A stretch of DNA of 64,000 nucleotides, from the NCBI GenBank assembly GCA_033549365.1, contig JAWSUF010000002.1, forward strand, positions 286,082-350,081, in the 5' to 3' direction. Below the pieces are notes generated by a model that did not search any database, had not been told where the DNA came from, and saw only the letters and a program-made list of their open reading frames with translations. Each line of letters opens with the position of its first letter. Positions within the stretch are counted from its first letter, which is position 1. This DNA comes from Acidobacteriota bacterium. GTDB taxonomy: Bacteria; Acidobacteriota; Aminicenantia; Aminicenantales; Saccharicenantaceae. A program made the translations under genes and the position numbers. Shown one piece after another: positions 62,938 through 64,000 of the stretch.

Positions 62938-64000
62938 TCATGATCATCGTATTGACGGCGGCGGTTCTTGCCCTCGCCGCCGCGATTCCCGCGTCCGGGC
63001 AGGTCCGTCTTGACGAGAAGCTTCTCGATGGGCTGACCTATCGGAATCTCGGTCCGTTCCGGGCCGGCTCCTGGATCACGGACTTTGCCGTGCCGGAGTT
63101 CCCGGAAAGGGCGCGCCTTTACACGTTCTACGTCGGGACGAGAAACGGCGGCGTCTGGAAAACCGTGAACAACGGGACGACCTTCGAGCCGATTTTCGAC
63201 GGCCAAAGATTTCTGTCCATCGGCGCGCTCGGCCTGGCGCCCTCGGCGCCGGAAACCCTGTATGTGGGAACCGGAGAGGCCTTCTGTGCCCGGAGCTCCA
63301 ACAGGGGAGACGGTGTTCACAAGACGATGGACGGCGGCAAAACGTGGACTCATCTCGGACTCGAAGAGACCCACCACATCGCCCGCATGGCCGTCCACCC
63401 CAAAAATCCCGACATTGTCTACGTCGCGGCCATGGGATATCTCTTCTCCGAAAACGAGGAGAGGGGCGTCTTCAAGACCGTGGACGGCGGCGCGACCTGG
63501 AAGAAAGTCCTCTACATCAACTCGCGGGTCGGCGTCATCGACTTGGCCATGAACCCGGCCGATCCCGACGTTCTCTACGCCGCGGCCTACGACAAGGTCC
63601 GCTATCCCTGGCATTATGAAAACGGCGGGCCGGAAAGCGCGATCTACAAGACGACGGACGGCGGGGCGACATGGCGGAGGTTGGACAAGGGGCTGCCTTC
63701 GGGCCGCATCGGCCGGATCGGACTGGATGTCTACAGAAAAAATCCGAACATCCTGTATGCCGTCTTCGAAAATGCCAACCGGCGTTCCCCCACGGAGGAC
63801 GAGGCCGCCATGGACCGCCGTTTCGGGCTGGAACCCCGGGAGCGCGAGATCGGCGGTGAAGTCTATCGCTCGGATGACGCCGGGGAGACCTGGAGGCTGG
63901 TGACGCCGGCCGAGGTCGGCCTGGCCAACAAGGCTCCCTATTCCTTCAACATGCTGCGGATCGATCCGAGCGACGACCAGACCGTCTACGTGACCGGCGT
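62938..64000 (+). CDS. BNR/Asp-box repeat protein (sortilin/Vps10-like or glycoside-hydrolase-like beta-propeller); 3' end beyond the window
   Basis: Signal peptide MIIVLTAAVLALAAAIPASG. Repeated S/T-x-D-x-G-x-T-W motifs (TMDGGKTW, TVDGGATW, TTDGGATW, SDDAGETW). It is open to the right edge and so absent from the ORF track. Confidence 0.6.

Noticed and set aside
62722-62938. Possible tRNA or small RNA in the 216-nt gap (contains ggttaaattcgaacc, reminiscent of a T-arm)
   Set aside because: No cloverleaf can be built: the acceptor and T stems are not complementary. It is more likely a promoter/leader region for the BNR-repeat gene.
54857-63614. ORFs 54857-56095 (+), 60493-61305 (-), 61694-62638 (-), 62919-63614 (-)
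   Set aside because: They are antisense to the B12-rSAM, OMP, PPIase and BNR-repeat genes respectively.
1-64000. CRISPR arrays, rRNA, tRNA, transposases or integrases
   Set aside because: I found no regularly spaced direct repeats, no rRNA-like conserved stretches, and no DDE/tyrosine-recombinase-like ORFs. The only repeats are the 34-nt pair, the 36-nt in-frame tandem repeat, and the paralogous NuoE/NuoF coding segments.

Overview
This is a high-GC (about 62%), gene-dense bacterial chromosome segment from an apparent strict anaerobe. I saw no rRNA, tRNA or CRISPR array. Many long track ORFs are antisense or alternative-frame shadows of real genes, which is typical at this GC content. Family assignments come from motifs I could read in the translations. 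Exact start codons are often uncertain, and the track clearly uses GTG and TTG starts as well as ATG.

Left end (1-6411, minus strand): a chain of translationally coupled genes. It encodes NuoF/NuoE-like diaphorase subunits of a HydABC-type [FeFe]-hydrogenase, whose catalytic subunit is presumably left of the window. With them are a HydS-type sensory [FeFe]-hydrogenase paralog, two DRTGG proteins, two GHKL-type ATPase/Ser-kinase-like proteins, a PHP-domain protein and a third NuoE paralog. A GNAT gene and a Cache/HAMP histidine kinase with a stand-alone receiver follow.

Centre (9870-29496): sucDC on the minus strand diverges from a long plus-strand block. The block is mvhG-mvhA ([NiFe] hydrogenase group 3), ackA, a Cys-rich ORF, a HEAT-repeat protein, hdrCBA, mvhD, a soluble FrdB/FrdA-like fumarate reductase pair, korDABC (2-oxoglutarate:ferredoxin oxidoreductase) and a class I fumarase. 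This reads as a branched/reductive TCA module physically fused to Hdr/Mvh-type electron-bifurcation machinery.

Right half: a GntR(YtrA)-controlled double ABC-2 exporter, then a low-GC islet carrying a Dam-like N6-adenine methyltransferase plus a putative PD-(D/E)xK restriction endonuclease. Next is a second minus-strand operon (NuoE, a NuoF-GltD fusion, an Fe-S ferredoxin and a glutamate-synthase FMN domain), followed by an isochorismatase, an FAD oxidoreductase, a radical SAM protein and a HAD hydrolase.

The most unusual region is an archaeal-type isoprenoid ether-lipid locus. It holds a Tes/GDGT-MAS-like radical SAM, GGGPS, DGGGPS, a ferredoxin-fused geranylgeranyl reductase, a GT2 glycosyltransferase, UDP-galactopyranose mutase and a B12-radical SAM. 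The window ends with a LolA-like/FtsX/ABC exporter, outer-membrane beta-barrel proteins, a cyclophilin-FKBP lipoprotein and a truncated BNR/sortilin-like protein.
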